A stretch of DNA of 64,000 nt from an uncultured Planctomycetota bacterium (GTDB lineage: Bacteria; Planctomycetota; Phycisphaerae; Tepidisphaerales; Tepidisphaeraceae), in the NCBI GenBank assembly GCA_963841915.1, contig CAWJEN010000005.1:128001-192000 (forward strand), in the 5' to 3' direction. Position numbers and translations under genes: made by a program. The notes below the pieces were generated by a model. The model made no database searches. It worked only from the letters and a program-made list of their open reading frames with translations, and had not been told where the DNA came from. Shown one piece after another: positions 60,461-64,000 of this stretch. Numbering within the stretch: position 1 is the first letter of the stretch; each line of letters starts with the position of its first letter.

Positions 60461-61318
60461 TGAGCCTTGCCGCCTTACAGCTCGCCCTCACCGGCCACGT
60501 GCACGTCGCCCCGGATGGGAATCTTCAACAGGCCGTGGACGCGGCCCGCGACGGCAGCGGCACGCTCGTGCTGATGCCTGGCGACTACACGCTCGAAGGA
60601 AGCCATCGTCGTCCCAAACGGTCTGCGAATCCTCGGCCACGGCGCGAGGTTGCAGCCGGCAAAGGGTGTAAACCGGCCGATGCTGATCGGCACGAGCCCG
60701 ACGAACTCCAACCGCTCCGGCCGGATCGTCGAGGGCTTGCAGCTGAAGCATGCCGCCGTCGGCGTAGCCGGCACCTGGCACTGGTCGACGTTCCGTGACC
60801 TCAACATCAGCGACTGCGTCATCGGCGTCGACATCGACGCCGTGAACGTCGAGATGGAACGGTCGCACTTCGAGTCGAACGGCCTGCACCTGCAGGCCAG
60901 CGGCACGGCCAGCTCCTACACGTCGTGCACTTTCCTCAACGCCCGCGGTCCGCAGTCGATCATCTTCGATAACCAGGAGGGGCTGACGTTCGAGCGCAAC
61001 GTCGTCGAACGGAACAGAGGTCCGATGGTGTACCGCGACGTCCGGCTCGTGCGCCATCTTGGCGGCTGGATGGAAGCCAACGGCGGTGACGACGAGATTC
61101 TTGTCGGCCACGGCATCCGCAAGAACGGCACTAAGGGCGTGGCGGTCGATGGAACGTACTTCAACATGCGTGAGGGGCAGCGATCGATTGTTCACAGCAG
61201 CGACTTCAGCACATCGGCCACGGTCACGGGAATCAACGGCAACCTCCGGGGAGCCTCCAGCCACGCCGGCCGCGTCGCCGACGAGACGTCGCCACCGATC
61301 GGCATAGCTAAGCGATGA
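60460..61318 (+). CDS. Pectate-lyase-like beta-helix protein, +1 frameshift near 60600
   Basis: LQQAVDAA..GTLVLMPGDYTL joins AIVVPNGLRILGHGARL in the +1 frame, giving a typical beta-helix N-cap followed by FESN/FLN/FERNVVERN repeats. Confidence 0.62.
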
Positions 61319-61968
61319 ATCACTACGTCGACGCTCAGCATCTGACTGGTCTCGCCGCCGACGTTGTGGCCAACCACGACGAGCTGGCTGTCGCGGTGCA
61401 GCTCATCGCCGAGCGAGCAAGCCGCAGCCCGCGATTCAATTGGCGCTGCGAGGCGGATCGTGAGGATGCGGCCGCTGATGCCGCCGTGCTGGCGATCGAG
61501 CGGCTCGGCGTGCTGTCGACGATCAGCAACCCCTTCGCATGGCTCTCGACGCTCGTCATGAACAGCCTGCGGGAGTCGATCGGACGTCCGCAGGACGTCA
61601 CGCTTGATGGAGAAGCCGGCGACACAACGGCTGCCTTGCGAGGCTCCAGCAACGGACGGAAGCCGGGACTGATGACCTCGCACGAGGTCGCCGCTCGGCT
61701 GGGCCTGCACGTGCGGCTCGTGCAGCGCCTCGGTCGCCGCGGAGATCTTGAACGGGTGCAGGCTCGGCCCGCTCGGTACTGCCGGCGACAGGTCGAGACG
61801 ATTCGTCGACTGCTCGATCGCCACATCAACGTCAACGCCGCGGCGGAAAGGCTCAACGTCACCGGCCGCACCGTCCGTCGTCTTCGTGCTCGCCGCCGCG
61901 TCCGCTCGTTCGCAATCGGCGGCGAGCGGAAAATCAACATTCACGACCTGGAGCGTCTCGCCGCATGA
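61315..61968 (+). CDS. Sigma region-2-like (T4 gp55-like) domain fused to two excisionase-type HTH domains
   Basis: NHYVD, LIAERASRSPRF, DREDAAAD, SNPFAWLSTLVMNS; then LMTSHEVAARLGL..RLVQRL and INVNAAAERLNVTGRTVRRL..FAIGGERKI. Confidence 0.6.
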   Translation: MNHYVDAQHLTGLAADVVANHDELAVAVQLIAERASRSPRFNWRCEADREDAAADAAVLAIERLGVLSTISNPFAWLSTLVMNSLRESIGRPQDVTLDGEAGDTTAALRGSSNGRKPGLMTSHEVAARLGLHVRLVQRLGRRGDLERVQARPARYCRRQVETIRRLLDRHINVNAAAERLNVTGRTVRRLRARRRVRSFAIGGERKINIHDLERLAA

Positions 61969-62201
61969 CCGAAGCCGTCGACCCTTCCGAAGCGGCTGAG
62001 GCCGACGAATTGCGTTCAGCCGTCGCCGCCGCGCCGCTGCTCCGCCGGCTGGCGGCCGCACTCGATTCACCCGGCTGCATGACGCAGGGAGGCCGCGTAA
62101 ACCGGTCTGCCCTATCGCGGCGGCTCGGAGTCACGCCGGCCAAGCTCGATCGCCTGTTGGTCGACGCTTCCGCCAGTCTTCAAGCCCATCGCCCTCAGTA
62201 A
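61965..62201 (+). CDS. Small HTH protein
   Basis: GRVNRSALSRRLGVTPAKLDRLL; ATGA overlap. Confidence 0.55.
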   Translation: MTEAVDPSEAAEADELRSAVAAAPLLRRLAAALDSPGCMTQGGRVNRSALSRRLGVTPAKLDRLLVDASASLQAHRPQ

Positions 62202-62204
62202 CAC

Positions 62205-62804
62205 ATGCCCATCGACCTACCACGAAGCGGACCTACCACTGGCTTGATCGCCGGCCTCAATCTTCAGCCTGTGCCAGGCGAACGACTCGTCATCGGGACA
62301 GTCGGCCATTACCTGCCCGGTGGTGGCTACCAAGTCATGGACGCCGCCAACCGGAACGACTTTGTAACCCGTCCAGGCTCAAGCTCGTATGGGCCCTGGG
62401 GTTCCCACTCGACCAACGCCGGCTTCAGACTCGGCAACATCTGGCTCGCAAGGTCGGTTGCATCCGGCGGCACGCTCTCGACAGCCATCCCCTTTATGTT
62501 GGTCGACTTCAACCAGCCGCGACCGGAGACGACGCCCGTTGTCGCTTTGGATGCGGGTGTCTGGGTTCAGATCGCGCCCGTCGACAACGGCATTGAGAGG
62601 AAGTTCCAGCTAGGAGACTTCATCGGCTGGGGAACTGACGAGGTGGCCCAGGTGGTCGAGACCGCTGGCGACTTCGAGTTCCGGATCGATCGAGGCGTGC
62701 TTGGCACGACTCAAGGAGTGGCCCCGCAAGCGAACGATACGTTGATCAATCACACGGTCGTCGCAGCCCAGGGTGCACCAGAAGCCGTTTGGCTGAGCTT
62801 CTGA
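62205..62804 (+). CDS. Phage tail/fibre-associated hypothetical protein
   Basis: EVAQVV...[11 protein letters not shown] resembles the E..V....V.RG..GT motif of phage tail accessory domains; precedes the collagen fibre gene. Confidence 0.45.
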   Translation: MPIDLPRSGPTTGLIAGLNLQPVPGERLVIGTVGHYLPGGGYQVMDAANRNDFVTRPGSSSYGPWGSHSTNAGFRLGNIWLARSVASGGTLSTAIPFMLVDFNQPRPETTPVVALDAGVWVQIAPVDNGIERKFQLGDFIGWGTDEVAQVVETAGDFEFRIDRGVLGTTQGVAPQANDTLINHTVVAAQGAPEAVWLSF

Positions 62805-62805
62805 T

Positions 62806-63966
62806 ATGCCGGCCACACGTATTAACGGTCCGACCCTGCCGGGCGGCGGCATCATGCCGACCGTGTCGGGCATTGCGGCGGCTCCGGCCGATGACGAGGC
62901 AGCGTCCTTGCTCGACTACATCCGCGACGCCGATCAGGCAGTCGCGGATTCTCTGCTGTATCTGGCCAGTGAACTCGAGGCGGTTGAACTCACGCCCGGG
63001 CCACAAGGCGAACAAGGTCCGGCTGGTGCTGACGGTTCGGACGGAGCAACGGGCCCGCAGGGTTCCCAGGGTGAAGCCGGGCCAGCGGGACCGGCCGGAC
63101 CTCAAGGCATTCCCGGTGCCGACGGCGTCGACGGGCAGCAAGGCCCAGAGGGGCCGGCCGGCAGTAACGCGACAGCGACCACGGACGCCAGCGACCTCGT
63201 CGCTGGAACGCTGCACGCTGATCGCCTTCCAGCCTCTGCCGTTCGCACCGATGTCAACGCCCGGACGCAAGCCATCGTGGCCGCCGCCGGCAATGTCGGC
63301 GGCGGCGAGGGTGGAGGTGAACCGCCGATCATCCGCGGGGTCCAGAAGTTCAGGGCAGACGCCGCGGGCAATGTGGTCGCTGGCGAGCTTCCGGGTCGTT
63401 TCAAGGTCGAGTACGGCGATGCCGTCTCACCGTCGCTGGCTATCCGAGTAGACGGTCGAACCGGGGCCACGTTCGACGGCGTGTTTACCGGCGACGGCAG
63501 CGGCCTGACCAATGTGCCTGCGAGCCCGGCGGTCGCGGGCTCAGCTGCGTTCGTTGCCCACCTCGACAACACCTTCACCTGGTCGAGTGGTAATTGGGCG
63601 ACTGTCACGGGATGGTCGGCGGTGAAGCATGACCCTGATAACCATTTCAACGCGTCCGCTGGAGCATTCACCGCTCCAGTCGCCGGCCTGTACATCATCG
63701 GTGGCCACGCCGCTCACAATTCGCTCGACAACGGACAGAAGATGATCGCGGCGGTCGCAGTCAACGGCACCAGGTACGCGCTCTTTGGCCGGGGCGTTGC
63801 TGGCGGCACAGACTGGGCCGGGTATGGCGGAGCGACCATGATTCCGCTTGCCGCTGGCGATGTTGTGACGCTGCAAGTCTTCAGCAGCGACTCGAGCCCG
63901 AACCTCCAGTACATCAACAGTGGGACCGCGGGGTACACGAGCTTCTGGGGGACACTGCTCCGATGA
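62806..63966 (+). CDS. Collagen triple-helix + C1q/TNF-like domain protein (fibre/spike)
   Basis: About 19 uninterrupted Gly-X-Y triplets ([10 protein letters not shown]...); [12 protein letters not shown] fibre motif; C1q-like AF.A...[16 protein letters not shown]...[11 protein letters not shown]...TSFWGTLL. Confidence 0.78.
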   Translation: MPATRINGPTLPGGGIMPTVSGIAAAPADDEAASLLDYIRDADQAVADSLLYLASELEAVELTPGPQGEQGPAGADGSDGATGPQGSQGEAGPAGPAGPQGIPGADGVDGQQGPEGPAGSNATATTDASDLVAGTLHADRLPASAVRTDVNARTQAIVAAAGNVGGGEGGGEPPIIRGVQKFRADAAGNVVAGELPGRFKVEYGDAVSPSLAIRVDGRTGATFDGVFTGDGSGLTNVPASPAVAGSAAFVAHLDNTFTWSSGNWATVTGWSAVKHDPDNHFNASAGAFTAPVAGLYIIGGHAAHNSLDNGQKMIAAVAVNGTRYALFGRGVAGGTDWAGYGGATMIPLAAGDVVTLQVFSSDSSPNLQYINSGTAGYTSFWGTLLR

Positions 63967-64000
63967 ACCTGTCGCTTGCAGACGCTGCGTTGCTGACACT
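63963..64000 (+). CDS. Start of next phage gene (partial)
   Basis: ATGA overlap with the previous stop; [12 protein letters not shown] open to the window end. Confidence 0.4.
   Translation, partial: MNLSLADAALLT

Larger units (their letters stand above)
53682..64000 (+). mobile_element. Prophage-like element adjoining the 3' end of tRNA-Lys (extends beyond window)
   Basis: Abrupt switch to co-oriented, overlapping phage-type genes: resolvase, initiator with iterons, sigma factors, holin-like and fibre-like genes. No integrase or capsid gene in view. Confidence 0.8.

Noticed and set aside
53682..64000. Integrase, reverse transcriptase/DGR, terminase, capsid or anti-phage defence genes
   Set aside because: No tyrosine or serine recombinase, RT (YxDD), packaging ATPase or recognisable defence motifs seen; no template/variable repeat pair noticed for the C1q gene within the window.

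Overview
GC-rich bacterial chromosome segment, most likely from a planctomycete of the Phycisphaerae. This is inferred from the DUF1800/DUF1501 pair, a PVC-type ABC/helical-protein trio and overall gene content, not proven. Positions 1-53.6 kb are mostly core or metabolic genes: a molybdenum cofactor/molybdate cluster, cheA-cheW, an AsmA-like giant protein, pdxA-ribE, pepP-accB-accC, rpsU, an ABC system, tmk, galK, trpD, a PHP-GT4 fusion, two perfect parS sites beside a stand-alone divergent EF-G, a galactan locus (GH50-like, AraC, GH4), yidC, hom, nnrD, mscS and DUF1501/DUF1800. Many host genes carry a TANNNT hexamer 5-6 nt before the start codon, suggesting leaderless mRNAs. A phage-like element begins right after tRNA-Lys(UUU) (53608-53681) and runs off the window. 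It encodes a NUMOD1-repeat protein, a RusA-like resolvase, a wHTH replication initiator with a phased palindromic iteron array inside it, a helicase loader/inhibitor-like protein and a sigma-70-like factor. These are followed by holin-like and lipoprotein genes, PKD/beta-helix proteins, a T4-gp55-like sigma core fused to two excisionase-type HTHs, and a collagen-C1q fibre protein. No integrase, repressor, terminase or capsid gene is visible in the window. Four genes each carry one +1 frameshift, probably assembly errors. All family calls come from motif recognition, not database searches.
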